From the NCBI GenBank assembly GCA_024137785.1, contig JAHRHZ010000018.1, positions 62,001 through 126,000 on the forward strand: a DNA stretch of 64,000 nucleotides, written 5' to 3'. The notes beneath the pieces are model-generated. The model was not told where the DNA came from and ran no database searches. It saw only the letters and a list, made by a program, of their open reading frames with translations. Shown one piece after another: positions 25,636 to 40,638 of the stretch. Positions within the stretch are counted from its first letter, which is position 1. Each line of letters opens with the position of its first letter. The stretch comes from Ginglymostoma cirratum (lineage: Eukaryota). Made by a program: the position numbers and the translations under genes.

Positions 25636-27497
25636 GTAGATCATCATCGTTCTTTCCGAGAACAAACTGAAAACATATGATGTTGTTGCCGCTCCCATTA
25701 ATGTTGAGGAATTTGAAGTTCCCTCACATAAATGCTCTTTTATTACATTCTTCAGTGAATTGTGGATATATCTGCTCCTCTATTGCCCACTGACTGTTGG
25801 GCACTGACCATATACTCCCAGCATGTGACTACACCCTGTTTATTGCTAAACTCTACCCACAAAGACTCATTTGCAGACCCTCCTAAGATATCATCCCTCC
25901 TTAATGTGGGAATGGGCTCCTTGAGAAATAACACAGCATCACCTTCTCTTTGACACATTCCCCTGTCCTGCCTGAAGATCCTGTAGCCCAGAAAGTTGAG
26001 TTGCCAGTCTTGCCCCTCCCTCAACAATGTACCTGTGATGGCAACAACAACCGATTCCAGGTGTCAATCCACGCCTTTAACCCATCTGTCTTACCCATTA
26101 TACTCAGGGCATAAACGTACAGGCCATCCAGCCTGCCCTCATCCCTGGAAACTCAACATGGCTGAATTTGATCTGCCTTAGTTCCTTCACTAAATTATGT
26201 TGTGTCCCTAAGTACTAACACACTGTGTCCCCTCTTCCTAGGGGCTACTTTAAATTCCTCCCAAGAACAAGCAAATCCACCCATGAGGATTCTGGTTCAG
26301 GTGCAGACTGTCCCATCAATGGCTTCCTTATGATTCAATGGACCTACCAAATAGCTCCACAGTGTAAACAGACCATTCAAACAACGGCCTTGTCAGACAT
26401 AAATATTTTTGATGCAGAATAAACCCACTTCCTCTGCCCTGTCTTGGCCTGCTGAGCCATACAACAGAAAGTTCTCAGTCAAAATGTTGCTTTTCTCAGA
26501 GAGTCTTTCATTACAAGGGGACTTGAAATACAAGAATAAAGAAGCACCTTTCAAGTGAGCATTGTATGAACATGAGCTCATTGAATTATATCAAAGAATA
26601 GACCCAGAGACAAGCCATTAGGCCCAAAGAGTCAATTCTGGTGTTTATGGTGTACTTGACCTTGTGACCATCCTTCTGCATAGCAGCAGAACTGTCCACT
26701 CTTCCCCTTTATTTACTTTTCCAACTTCCCCTGAAGTAAACCTGTGCTGTTCACATCAAGCACTCCCTGGAATAATGGGCTCCACTTCCTCAACCATCTC
26801 TCTTGGGAAAGAGTTTCTTCACAATTCCTAATTGGATTTGTGACAAAGCTTTCCCTTCCCACGTCACCTTAACACGCTGTGTATTCATAAATTATCAACA
26901 ACTGTCTCGTAATGAACAGCAACACAAAGGTCTTGTTTGAGAGAAGCTGCTGCCCTTGAGACATGTAAACAATGTCCGGATCAGGGTGCTGTGGCTCGCT
27001 GGCGGTGTCCAGGATCAAGTCCCACCCTCTGGTACAACACAAACCCACAGGCTGCTGAGGAATAATTTCATATAAAACATGAAGAACAGGACAGTGTATG
27101 TACAGGTCCTTCAGCTCATCATTTCTGTGCTGACCATGATGCCATTCTAACTCATTCTCATCTGCCTGCACATGATCTGTATCCCCCTATACCCTGCTTG
27201 TTCATATGTCAGTCTAATTGCCCCTTCAACATTGCCATCGTACCTGTTTCAAACACCTCCCCTGGCAACATGTTCCAGGCACCTAACACCCTCTGTGTAA
27301 AAAAACTTGCCTCACACACCTCCTTTAAACATTCCCCCTCTCACCTCAACCCTGCATCCCTCATATTTCACATTTCCACCCTGGGAAAGAGATTCCAAAT
27401 ATCCATCCTATCCATGCCTCTCATAATTTTATGAATGTCTGCCAGGTCATCCCTCAGCCTGTGATACTCTAATGAAAACAATCCAAGTTTGTGCAAG

Positions 27498-29477
27498 GAT
27501 AGTAAGTTTGTTCTGACTGCCTGCCCTGCCTGACTACCCGACTGCCCTGGTTGACCCCTTGTCTCTGACTGCTCCTGACCCACCAACCTTACCTCCACTT
27601 ATCTTGACTCTATTTTCCCCCCCTTGGTCCATGAACTCTCCACCTATGTCTGTGACACCACCCATGCCCTCCACCTCTTCCAAAACTTCTGATTCCCTGG
27701 TCCCCAACACCTCATCTTCACCATGGATGTCCAGTCCCTACATACTTGCATTCCCCATGCAGATGGCCTAAAAGCCCTCTGCTTCTTCCTGCCCTGCAGG
27801 CCCAAACAGTCCCCCTCCTCTAACACCCTTGTCCGCTTAGCTGAACTCGTCCTCACCCTTAACAGCTTCTCTTTCAATTCCTCCCACTTCCTACAGACAA
27901 AGGGGATGGCCATGGGTACCTGCATGGGCCAAGCTATGCCCGCCTCTTTGTAGGATACGTGGAACAATCCCTCTTCCGAAGCTACACTGGCCCTATCCCC
28001 CACCTCTTCTTCCGTTATATCAATGACGGTATCGGCGTCGCCTCGTGCTCCCACGAGGAGTTCAAACAGTTCATCCTCTTCACTAACGCCTTCCACCCCA
28101 ACCTTAAGTTCACCTGTACCATCTCCAATACCTCTCTCTGCTTCCTGGACCCCTCTGTTTCCATCTCTGGCAACCACCTTGAAACCGATATCCATTTCAA
28201 GCCTACCAACTCCCACAGCTACCTAGAATACACCTCCTCCCACCCACTTTCCTGAAAAAATGCCATCCCCTATTCCCAATTCCTTCGCCTCCACCGTATC
28301 TGCTCCCAGGATGAGGCATTCCACTCCTGGGCATCCCAGATGTCCTCGTTTTTCAAGGACTGCAACTTCCCTTTCACTGTGGTCAAAAACGCCCTCAAAT
28401 GTATCTCTCGCGTTTCCCGCAACTCATCCCTCACACCCCGTCCCCGCAATAACAACCAAAAAAGAATCCCCCTCGTCCTCATGTACCACCCGATCAACAT
28501 CCAAATCCAACGCATCATCCTCCGACACGTCCGCCACCTGCAATCTGATCCCACCACCAAAGACATTTTTCCCTCCCTACCCTTATCTGTTTTCTGGTGG
28601 GACCACTCTCTCTGTGACTCCCTTGTCTGCTCCACACTCCCCACCAGTCCCACCACCCCCGGCACTTTTCCCTGCAACCGCAGGAAGTGCTACACCTGCC
28701 CCTACACGTCTAACCTCACCTCCATCCAAGGAACCAAAAAAACCTTCCACATCAGACAGATGTTCACCTGCACACCTGCTCATGTGGTATACTGTATCCG
28801 CTGTTCCCGACGTGGCCGCCTCGACATCGGGGAAACCAAACGGAGGCTTGGAGATCACTTTGTGGAACACTTATGCTTGGTTCACAACAAACAACTGCAC
28901 CTCCCAGTCGTGAACCATTTCAACTCCCCCTCCCACTCCTTGGATGACATGTCCATCCTGGGCCTCCTCCAGTGCTACAACGGTGCCACCCGAAGGTTGC
29001 AGCACCATATATTTTGCTTGGGAACCCTGCAGCCCAATGGTATCAGTGTGGACTTCACAAGCTTCAAAATCTCCCCGCCCTCGACCGCATCCCAAAACCA
29101 GCACAGCTTGTTCCCGCCTCCCTAACCTGTCCGTCCTTTCTCCCACCTATCCACTCCTCCCACCTCAACCTCCACCCCCACCTCCTACTTACCAGCCTCA
29201 TCCCTGCCTCCTTCCCTGGACTGACCAATCCCCTCCTTAACTCTCCACCTACGCTCACCTTTACTGGCTCCATCACCACCTCCTTGACCTGTCCGTCTCC
29301 TCTCCATCTATCTGCTCTTCTATCCATCTCCCATCTACCTCCCCCTCTCTCTGTATTTATTTCAGAATCACCTTCCCCTCCCCCATTTCTGAAGAAGGGT
29401 CCAGACCCGAAACATCAGCTTTCCTGCTCCTCTGATGTTGCTTGGCCTGCTGTGTTCATCCAGCTCTACACCTTGTT
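27498..29477 (+). mobile_element. 5'-truncated Neptune-type PLE inserted into a HER1 fragment
   Basis: Frames 27723-29125 cover RT and GIY-YIG; flanking direct repeat ATCCAAGTTTGT(G/T)CAAG at ~27481 and ~29478. Confidence 0.9.
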
Positions 29478-30584
29478 ATCCAAGTTTGTTCAAGATCTCC
29501 TGATAGACTAATACTCTCCAATCCAAGCAAACACACAAATTTTCACGTAGTCTGCAAACTTGTCTAAATATGACACAACTGCTGGTTGCCCTCGATACAC
29601 ATTGGTTGAAACATCCTTGAAAATCTAATAAATTAGTCAGACACGATCCTCCTTTCATGAAACCACACTGACTCTGCTTGATTAGATTACGATTTTCCAC
29701 CTGTTCTGCTATTACTTTCTTAATAACTGATTCCAACGTTTTTTCAACAAAATATTATCGGCTATATTACCTTTATGTAGTCCCTTTTTGCCTCCCTCAT
29801 TTTTGAAGCAGGCTGCCATATTAGCAGCTTTCCAATCCTCTGTTACTTCTCCAGAATTCAAGGACATTTGGAAAATTGAACCAATCCATCCATTATCTCC
29901 GTCGAGACCTCTTTTAGAATACTACGAGAAAGCCATCAGGGCTCGGGGACTTATCTGCCTTTAACATCACTAGTTTGCCTAACACAACTTCTTTAGTGAC
30001 AGTGATCAGACTTATTCTCTCCCCAATATTCTTAAGTTGTTTTGGAAAGTTTGAAGCATCTTCAACGTAAAGACTGACACAATATTTTTCCCATAAATGC
30101 TTTGACCATTTACAGGGTTGCAGCAAATGTGTGAATTCTTGATGTTTTAGTGACTGATTGTGAGGAACTTGCACTGAATAAATAGTTAATGTCTCTCCTG
30201 AAATAAAACTCACCGAGTCACGTTTCGAAAATCCAAACAATCCATTCTCAGCTGACAGCAGCCATTAACTCAGCCACATTAGATGCATTTAAACAGTCCT
30301 TGGATAAGCATATGGATGATGATGGGATAGTGTAGGGGGATGGGCTTAGATTAGTTCACAGGTCGGCGCAACATCGAGGGCCGAAGGGCCTATTCTGCAC
30401 TGTATTGTTCTATGTTCTATTGGCTTATTCTCATTGCTTCCCCTTTGCTGACACTGCAACTTCTTTCACTCCTGAGAAATGAGACATGAAAGAAGCTGCA
30501 GTTGGCTGGGATGCTTTATGTTTCGATGTCTTAACTAGACATACAATAAACTGTGTGGATTAGTAGGATAGTCACTCTGTTGAG

Positions 30585-30636
30585 ATGATTAGTGCAACTC
30601 CATTTGCTGTGACCCAGCCCCTCTGTGTTGCTTTGG
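30585..30636 (+). pseudogene. Ig-type leader exon of the + strand receptor gene; donor mutated
   Basis: MISATPFAVTQPLCVAL + G, followed by CTAAGT; lies in a block that is the inverted paralog of 18800-19075. Confidence 0.7.
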
Positions 30637-30719
30637 CTAAGTGTTTGCTTTGGAGAAGCTTAACTTGTTATTAAAGACCTTTCCATGGTTTGTCCTGCTG
30701 TGAAGATTGTGCGAATTAC

Positions 30720-31820
30720 ATAGAACATAGAACTGCACAGCACAGTACAGGCCCTTCAGCCCACAATATTGTGCTGACCTATTATTCTACTCTAAGATCA
30801 AACTAACCTGCATACCCTTCATTTTACTATCATCCATGTGCCTATCCAGGAGTCGCTTAAATGTCTTTAAGGTATCTGACTCCACTACCACCACTGGCAG
30901 TGCATTTCACACACCCACCACTCTCTGTGGAAAGAAACCACCTCTGACATCTCCCCTACACCTTCCTCCAATCACCTTAAAATTATGACCCCTCGTAATA
31001 GTCGTTTCTGCCCTGGGAAAAATTCTCTGGCTATCCACCCTATCTATGCCTCTCATTATATTGTACACCTCTATCAAGTCACATCTCATCATTCTTCGCT
31101 CCAATGGGAAAAGCCTTAGCTCCCTCAACCTTTCCTCATCAGACCTGCCCTCCAGTCCAGGCAGCATCCTGGTAAATCTCTGTACCCTCTCTAAAGCTTC
31201 CACATCCTCCTTATAATGAGGCGACTAGAACAGAACACACTATTCCAAATGTGGTCTAATCAGGGTTTTATAGAACTGCAGCATAACCTCGCAGCTCTTA
31301 TACACAATCCCCCTACTCATGAAAGCCAACACACCATCTGCCTTCTTAACAACCCTATCAACTTGCGTGGCGACTTTGAAGGATCTATGGATGTGGACCC
31401 CCAAGATCCCTCTGTTCCTCCCTCTGTTCCTCCAAGAATCCTGCCATTAACCCTGTATTCTGCACTCAAATTCGACCTTCCAAAATGAATCACTTCATAC
31501 TTTTCTGGGTTGAATTCCATTTGCCACTTCTTCGCCCAGCTCTGCATCCTGTCAATGCCCTGTTGCAACCTACAACAGTCCTCCACACTATCCACAACTC
31601 CACCAACCTTCGGGTCATCAGCAAAATTACGAGCCCACTCTTTCACTTCCTCATCCAAGTCATTTATAAAAATCACAACAGTAGAGGTCCCAGAACAGAT
31701 CCCTGCGGAACACCACTGGTCACCGAGCTCCAGGCTGGATACTTTCCATCTACTACCACACTCTGTCTTCTATTGGACAGTCAATTCTGTATCCAGAAAT
31801 TTCCCTGAATCCCATGCCTC
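30720..31820 (-). mobile_element. HER1 (CR1) LINE, 5'-truncated and degenerate
   Basis: NFADDPKVGGVVDS, ERVQRFTRMLPGLEG; ATAGAAC tail. Confidence 0.9.
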
Positions 31821-32489
31821 CTTAATTTCTATAAATTTGAACATTGAGAACCAGAGGGCAGTGTCACAGGAAGAATTTATCATTGTCTGCAGATTGTTTG
31901 GGGCAGCTGACAGAGAGCTCCATGGCTGGAAACACAGACCAGAAAACATAGCGTTCTTCCCATCCTTTCTGTCTTTCATTGAATGGGAATTTAGGATTGA
32001 GGGACAGGCTGCACATTAAGGTGTGTATTTGAGTCGATTGGATTAGACCGTGTGTTCACTGGGTCTTGGTGGTGTGGATTTGAAAGACAATCTCCTGTTT
32101 TAACAAAGTTGGTGAATTTATATTTTTGTGATTCAGTGTGGGTTTCACTAATGGAGCTATGCTGACACTTAGATCAGATCTCTATAATCAATAATATTCA
32201 ATTTATTCCATTAAAACATCTCCAATACTTCACAAACTGTGAAACTGTTTAAAGTTCAGTATCTGTGACAGCACTGAACCCTGGGCCTGTTCCACACGGA
32301 ACATTTCCAAAGATGAATGTGCTGAATGACAGTTCATGTTTTATGTGATGGAGTTAATTGAAGGAAGGATGTTGATGGTCAGGTGACTGAGAGCATCTCC
32401 TGTTCATTTTCAAATTGTGCTTTTTGATCTTTAAATCTTCGAATTGGATAACTGAGCACTCCAAGCAAAATCTATGACTCTATGACTCT

Positions 32490-34190
32490 AAGAGGAGGTG
32501 CTGGACACCTCAAAACACAGAATGTTGGATAAATCCCTTGAACCTGATCAGGTACACCCCAGAACTTTGTGAAAAGCAAGAGCAGTGATTGTTGGGCCCC
32601 TTGCTGAGATATTTGCACCATCAAGAGCCATGGGTGAGATGCTGGAAGACTGGAAGTTGGCTAATGTGGTGCCATTATTTCAGAAAGGTGGTAAGGAAAA
32701 GCCAGGGAACTATAGATCGGTGAGCCTTGAAACAGTTGTGGGTAAGTTGTCGAAGGGGGTTCTGAACGACAGGATAAACAGGTATTTGAAAAGGCAAGGA
32801 CTGACTAGGGATAGTCAACATGGCTTTGTGTATGGGAAATCGTGTCTCACTAACCTGATTGAGTTCTTTGAAGAAGTGACAAAGAAGGTTGAATAAGGCA
32901 GAGCAAAGGACTCTGTCCTGTGGATTTCAGCTAGGTATCAACAAGGTTCCCCATGGTAGACTGGCTGGTAAGGTTAAATCACATGGAATCCAGGGACACC
33001 TAGCCAATTGGATACAAAATTGGCTTAACAGCATTAGATAGGGGGTGGTAGAGGAGATAATAGGTACTACAGATGCTGGAGAATCCGAGATAACAAGGTG
33101 TGGAGCTGGATGAACACAGCAGGTCAAGCAGCATCATAGGAGCAGGAAAGCTTGACGTTTTGGGCCTAGACCCTTCATCAGTTCTTTTTCGGATTGGAGG
33201 CCTGTGACCAGTGGTGTGCTGCAAGGATCAGCGTTGGGTGCAGTGCTTTTTGCCATTTATATAAATTATTTGGATGTGAATAGAGGGGGTATGGTTGGTA
33301 AGTTTGCAGATGACACCAAAATTGGAGGTGTACTGCACAGTGAAGAAGGTAATCTCAGAGTTCAACAAGACCTTGCTCAGATGAGCCAATTGACTGAGGC
33401 ATGGCAGACAGAGTTAAATTTAGATAAATGTGAGATCCTGCATTTTGCTGAGGTAAGTCAGGGCAGGACTCATACAGTTAATGATAGGGCTCTGGGGAGT
33501 GTTGTCAAACAAAGGGACCTAGGGGTGCAGGTACATAGCTTCTTGAAAGTGAAGTGGCAAGTAGACAGGATAATGAAGAAGGCATTGATCAGTGCATCGA
33601 GTATGGGAGTTGGGATGTCATGTTGTGGCTGTAAAGTACTTTGGTTAGGCCACTTTTAAAATACTGTATTCTATTGTGGTCTCCCAGCTATAGCAAAGAT
33701 GTTGTTAAATTTGAGAGGGTGCAGAAAAGATTTACAAGGATGTTGCTGGGACTGGAGGGCTTGAGCTATCAGGTGAGATTGAATAGGCTGGGGCTATTTT
33801 CCCTGGAACACTAGAGACTGCAGTTTACAAAGGCTTATAAAATCAGGAGGGGCATGGCTGGGGTGACTATCCATGGGTCTTTTCCAAGGCTAGGGGTGTC
33901 CAAATTGGAAAGCATAAGTTTAAGGTGAGAGGGGAAAGATTTAAAAGGGTCATAACAGGCAACATTTCCGTACAGAGGCTGGCACATATACGGAATGGAC
34001 TGACAGAGAAAGTGGTGGAGGCGGGTACAAGGACACATTTTAAAGGCATCTGGATGAGTATGTGAATAGGAAGTGTTGAGGGATATGGGCTAAATGCTGG
34101 CAAATTGTCTCGAACATTTTAGGATATCTGATCAGAATGGACAAGTTGGACTGAAGGGTCAGTTTCTGTGCTGTACATCTCTAAGACTCA
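32490..34190 (+). mobile_element. HER1 (CR1) LINE with a nested PLE terminus (~33053-33180)
   Basis: DWKLANVVPLFQKG..PGNYRSVSL, SQHGF..SCLTNLIEFF, KFADDTK. Confidence 0.9.
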
Positions 34191-37100
34191 ATAACTCCAT
34201 AACTCAGAGCCAATCGCTTCCCTTTTCTCCTTCATCCTGCACATTATTTCAGTTCAGATAATCATCCAATTCCTCCCTGTTAAATGCCTCAACTGGACCT
34301 TAACACCACTGGACCAGAAGACAGAGGATCAGAATCAGGCCATTCAGCTCTTCGAATGTGTTCTGCATTTTAATGATATCATGGCTGCTCTGATAATCCC
34401 CAATTTGACTTTCCTGCCTTTTCCTTCCTTTTTCCTATATCCCTTGATTTACATTCCAATTAAAACACTGTCTTTCTCAAACTTAAACACACTGAATTAT
34501 CCTGCCTCAACATCTCTATGTTGCATAGAATTCCCTTCCCAATGAAGAAATTCCTTCTTATCTCTGCCTTATCTGTGCATCCCTTTATTCAAAGATTCTG
34601 TCCTCTGCTCCCAGACTCTCTCACAGTCAAACCAATTATTTTTCGTATCTACCCTGTCAAATCCTCTAGGAATCTTTTATGTTTCAACACTGTTGCCTCA
34701 CATTTTTCGATATTCTGGTGATCACAGGCACAATCAACTCTCCTCTCCTCAGAAGACAGTCCCTCTATACCAGGTATCAGTCCAGTGGATCCTTCTTTGG
34801 ACAGCTTCCAATGTCAGGATATCTTTCCTCAGATCTATCCCAGTATTTCAGTTATGGCCTGACTAGTGCTTTCTATAGTTTCAGAAAAAAACCTGCCTAA
34901 TTTTACGAACAAAAACAGAAGTTGCTGGAAAAGCTCAGCAGGTTTGGCAGCACCTGTGAAGAAAAAATCAGAGTTAACTCTTCCTCAGAGTTCCCAGTGG
35001 ATGTAATTTCTAGGGATTTTAAGTCAGTAATTTGATAACACATTAGGCTACTTAATAAGAGCCCTGTGGTGTTGAAGGTAGATTATGAGCATGACTACAG
35101 GATTGCTAACTAAGAGATGACAGAGAATGAGGGTAAAGGGGGCACTTTCAGGATGGCAACCTGCAGCAATTTGAGTGTCACAGGGACCAGCGAGTTCCGA
35201 GGAAGGGTTACTGGACTTGAAACGTTAACTCTGATATTTTCTTCACACATGCTACCAGACCTGGTGAGCTTTTTCAGTGACTTCTCTTTTTGTTTCTGAT
35301 TTACAGCATCTGCAGTTCTTTCAATTTTTATGCTGCCTAATTTTATTCACTATTTCCTTTGAAATAAAGACCAACTCTCCATTTGCCTTCTCTATTACCC
35401 ATGGAATTTGAATGTTAACTTTTTGTGATTTGTGGACAAGGAATCGCAAATCCCTCTGTTCAGAAGCTTTCTGCAGTCTTTCCCATTTCAATAATATTCA
35501 GTTCCTCTATTCTTCCTACCATAATGTATGGCCTCACATTTCTTCACATTATATTCCAGCTGCCAAGTTCTTGCCCTCTCACTTACCGTGCCAAATCCCT
35601 CTGCAGACTCTTTTTTCCTACTTGCCTTCCCACCTATTTCTGCATCATCCACAAACTTGATGACAGTGAGTTTAGTTTCCTAATTCAAGTCATTGTGGCA
35701 TATTGTAAACAATTGTGGCCCCAGCACTGATCCCTGTGACAATCAGCTGCAGGTTGCCATCCTGAAAATACCTCCTTTATCCTCATTCTCTGTCTTCTAT
35801 TAGTCGGTCAATCATCTATCCATGCTCATGCACAACCTTCAACACCATTAGGCTGTTATTAAGTAGACTAATATGTGGAACCTTATCAAATACTGACTGA
35901 AAATCCCTAGGTGTTACATCCACTGCTTCCTCTTTTACTAGAGGCAAAATGCTGCAGATGATAGAAACCTGAAGCAAACACAGAGAATGCTGTAGAAAGT
36001 CAGCAGGTTTGGCAATTTCTGTAGAGAAAGAAACAGAATGAACATTTTGTGTCTAGTCTGAGTCTTCTTCACAGATCTACGTTAACCTGTAATTAGCCTA
36101 TTATTTCAGTCATTTTGTTCTGAATACTTCATGCGAGTAAAGAGCCAGTGACATCATTTCTCCCGGTTACACTATTCACTAAAGTTTTTCTGTGTTGGCA
36201 TCCTCTGTCTGTTCCTGTCCCACACTGGGTATTGTTTTCCAAATTGCTGCCCTGTAATGTTGCTGTCTTCTCTTGCTTTGTCAGCCTCCAGACCTTTTTT
36301 TCCTGAACCCTGCCTCCTTCTAATTAGTTTACAGCCCTCTCAACAGCCCCAGTTATTCAATTCACCAGGACACTGGTCCCAGCACAGTTCAAGTGAAGCC
36401 CATCCCAGAAGGGCAGCTCCCTGTTACACCAGTACTGGCGCCAGTAACCCACAGGCCAACTCCCATTCCACACAGACCATACTCTGAGCTGCACATTGAA
36501 CTGCTTGATTTTCTTTATCCTGTGCCAATTTGCCTGTAGATCAAGCAGTCATACAGAGATTCTTATATTGGAGATTCTGCTTTATAAATTAGCTCCTAAC
36601 TGTTCAAAGTATTTCAGTGAAACCTCCTTTCTTGTGCTCCCAGTGTCATTGGTCCCAACGTAGACAATAGCAACTGGATCTTTCTCATCCCTCTCCAAGT
36701 TCTTCTCTAGCCCTTAGGAGATATCCTTTACCCTGCCACATCCTTCGAGAACCACACTCAAGTCTGTAGAAAGCAGGATTTATTCCCCTCATTTCACTGT
36801 GCCCTCCCACAACAACATTCCTATTTCCTCTCCCCACTTGAGTTACTTCCTCTCCCGAGGGCTATGAACAGTTTGCTCATTCTCTCTGCAGTCCCCACTC
36901 TTGTCCACATAGGAACCTTATAACTGCAGGATAACTGCAGGAGCTGAGGCTTATTGTCCACAGACTTGAGGTGTTCTGGAACAGCCAGGTTTTACCGTGT
37001 GTCAGTCTTGTTGACCCATCAGCCCCACCCTCGGAGATTTCTCTGCTGACTGAATTGATCCTTCTTGAGCATTTCTGATTTACTATCTCTCCATCATTAT

Positions 37101-40100
37101 TCATTGTAATGGATTGGCTGTGGCTCATGGATATTAACCAGTGTTTCTCCTCAGCACATCTACAGCACAAAACGGTGATGTCGTGGAGCTGGGAGGTGTA
37201 TGCTTGAAAGATTTAACCAGTGAATAAATATAAGATGAAGTAAAAATTGTTTCCAGTGCTCTGGCTTTGCAGATTAACTACTCTTGTTGTGCCTTCATTG
37301 GACTGATCACTGCACTCCGGAACTGAGTCTCTCAGCCTCTGCATCTCTCGTCCTCCCTTTCCTTCTTAAGAGGTGCCTTACAATCTAATTAATGGCCAAT
37401 TCATTGATTTTAGCAAAGTGTTTAAGGGACAGTCAAAGAATCACTGGAACATAACAGAAAATGCTGGGGTTCTGATGAAGAGTCACTGGGCTCGAAATGT
37501 TAACTCTGTTTTCTTCCCACAGATGCTGCAAGACTTGCTGAGTTTCTCCAGCAATTTCTGTTTGTGTTTCAGATCGCCAGCATCCATAGTTATTTATTTT
37601 ATCAAAGAATCACTGGGGCGGGTTAGGGGCCAAATGTTGAAATCTTCTCACGGGGATTAGGGACGTGGATGAGACAACAAATGTTCCTGTTGTACCTTCA
37701 CCTTTGTGAGAAGTGCTAACCTTACTTTAGTTTTCCTACGTCCTGCTGACCCTCCTCACGAGGCTCTCATTTATTCTGCCTTGTGTTTGTTCACATTCTT
37801 TGGATGGTTATGACAATGCTACAACGGAGACAGTGAAGGGTTTCATTTCCTATTCCAGTAAACCACTTCCCTACTAGCACCAGCTAATCATACCAGGGTT
37901 AACCATTGTTTATTTCCCCTTCTGTACTGGCTGAGATTGTCTGGTTAATGAGAGCTGTTTCTCATTGCTGGGTGGATATTGTTCTGTGAGACAGTCGGTG
38001 CCTGAAAGGGTTAACTCACATCACAAGATAAGTTCCACCATTAGGATAGAAAGGACTGTTGCTGAGAGGAGCTAACCAGTTCTAAGTTCTCAGTTCAGTG
38101 CAAAGGACTTTGTTGCGAAACAGTAATTTGTCCTTTTACATCCAGCCTGAGGTCTCCCAAGAGACTCTCATGTCACTCAGATGGAACGTGACTCGCTATT
38201 CAGTAGGATGTTGTAAACCAACTCTGTTTATTAAGACCAAACCACTCTTCAGCCAAACAGTTCTCGTGGGCATTCTCCCCAACTTGGTCTCTGTAACTGA
38301 GGGGAATATCACAAAGAATGATTGGTAGTCGTCAATCTACCCACAGCATCCTTGCTTTCTGTCTGCTTCCCTTTTTAAGTAGTAGAGATGCATGAGCTAC
38401 CCTCTAATCTCTAGGAAATGTTCTACAGACTGTAGAACGTTGGAAGATGACCAACAATGCATCCATTATATGCAGGGCCACTTCCTTAACTGTTCTTGGA
38501 TGTAGATTATCAAACCCTGGGGATTTATCCTTCAATCCCATCAATTTCCCCAACTCCATTTCTCGATTCATGCTGATTTCCTTCAGCTCCTCCCTCTCAC
38601 TAACCCCTGTGTTCCCCAAAATTTCTAGAATGTCATTTGTGTCCTCCTTTGTGAATACACAACCAAAATTTGTATTTGGTTACTCAGCCAGTTCTTTGTT
38701 CCCCATTATAAGCTCCCCTATTTTTGACTGTAAGAGACTTACATTTATCTTCAAAATTTTTACTCATAGTCAGAAGCCACATGACTCCAGGTTATAGACT
38801 AACAGGTTTATTTGAAATCATAAATTGTCAAAGCATTCCTCCTTTGTCAGGTGAACACTTCACCTGAAGAAGGAGCAGTGTTGTGAAAGCTTGTGATTTC
38901 AAATAAACTTGCTGGTCTATAACCTGGTGTTGTGTGCCTATTGACTTTGTCTGCCCGACACCTCCAAAATCTTTTTCTTTTCTCATTCCTACAGAAACAT
39001 TTACCATCAGCTTTTACATTCCTCTCAAGCTTACTCTCTTAAATTGTTTTCTCTTCCTTAATCAAGCATCTATCAATCACACCACAGGTCTGTTGTTTTT
39101 CAGGCCAATTTATTTGCCTCTTCCTTGAATCTAATATTTATCTCTAACTTCCTGAGTAAGCCATGGTTTGGCCACCTTTCTTATTTTACTTTTGTGTCAG
39201 GTAGCAGTAGCTGTGGTAAAGATCCTGCATCCAAGGAATGGAGAGAGAGACTCCCCATTCCCTGTGACAACCTGTTCTGTCTGATGGCAGCTAGGAAAAG
39301 GATGTTTTTTATAAAGATGGGGTGGGAGGTAGAGGGAGGAATAAACAATAGTTGGAGATAGATCCCAAGTGAGAGGAAAACAGTTGAACAGACAAAGGAG
39401 TAGTTAAAGATCAGTCAGCAGGAATGAATAGCTGCTAATGGAGACAATTAGTAGCTTGACAATAAGTAGGCTGGTAGAAACCCATGTAATGACAAAGCCT
39501 AGTATGTCGGTATAGGGGAAATCATGGGGAAAGGTGCTCAAGCCATAAAATTGTTGAAATCAATGTCAACTCCAGAAGGCTGCAGGATTACTAAATTGAA
39601 ATTGAAGCACTAAGCTACTCGGGAGCACTGAAGCAAGCTTGAGACAGGGATGTTGGTCAGAGAACATGTGGTATATTGAAGTGGCAGGCAACTGGACAGT
39701 TAGTGTCATTTTGCAGACAGAATGTAGAGGTTCTGAGAAGCGGTCCCCCAGTCAGCAGTCACCCAATAAAGATGAGACCACATTATGAGCAGTGAATGAA
39801 CTTTCTCTTCTCATAGAATACTGAAAGGCTGGATAGAGTGTACATGGAAATGTTTGTAGGAGAGATGAGAATCTGGGGCACAGCCTTAGGTGAAGGGACA
39901 ATCACTTACAGCTGAAATAAAGAGGAATTTCTTCAGACAGAGGATGGTGAATCTGTGTGAATCATTGCTACAGAGAGCTGCGGAGGCCAAGACTTTGAGT
40001 TTATTTAAGACAGAGATAGATATTGCTGTTATGAGCAAATGGATCCGGGGTAATGGGGAGAAACCAGGAGAATGAGATTGAAACAAATCAGCCATGATTG

Positions 40101-40306
40101 AATGGCAGAGAAGAATTTATGGGCTGGATGGCCTAATTCTGTTTTTATATCTTATGGTCATATGGTCTGTAATGTCATGTCTACTTTGAATAATTTTAAC
40201 TCTCTCTCGTTCATTCTTACAATTTGTGCTTTATTTTTATCTCTAAATTGGAGTTCTTCAGAAAGTTCAGACCAGTTTAAATTTATTTCCATGTTTTCTC
40301 TTAAAG

Positions 40307-40638
40307 ATGCACATGTCCCAGTCCTTCTCCAGTCTCCAAGCCTGGAACATGTCATCGAGTGTCACGCTGCCCAGTTACAGTGCACCATGAGGAATGTCAC
40401 ATATCGATGTTCACTGGGAATAACCAGGGAATAACACGGAGTGGGTTTTAATGTATGACATGGGAAACATTACACAATGGCATTCAGGATTCATTGAGCG
40501 ATTCCAGACTTCCAGAGACCCATCCAAACACAGTTTCATTCAGACCATCACAAACGTGCAGCCCAGTGACTCTGGGGTCTATTACTGTAAAGTGTGGGGA
40601 GATATCATTGTGAATGGAACCCAGCTGACTGTAACGGG
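40307..40638 (+). pseudogene. VJ-type Ig V exon (first domain of the + strand receptor), disabled
   Basis: Acceptor TTTTCTCTTAAAG|; AHVPVLLQSPSLEHVIECHAAQLQCTMRNVT, frameshift, DVHWE*PGNNTEWVL..ERFQTSRDPSKHSFIQTITNVQPSDSGVYYCKVWGDIIVNGTQLTVT; donor GTATGT at 40639 (apparently one base out of phase). Confidence 0.88.
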
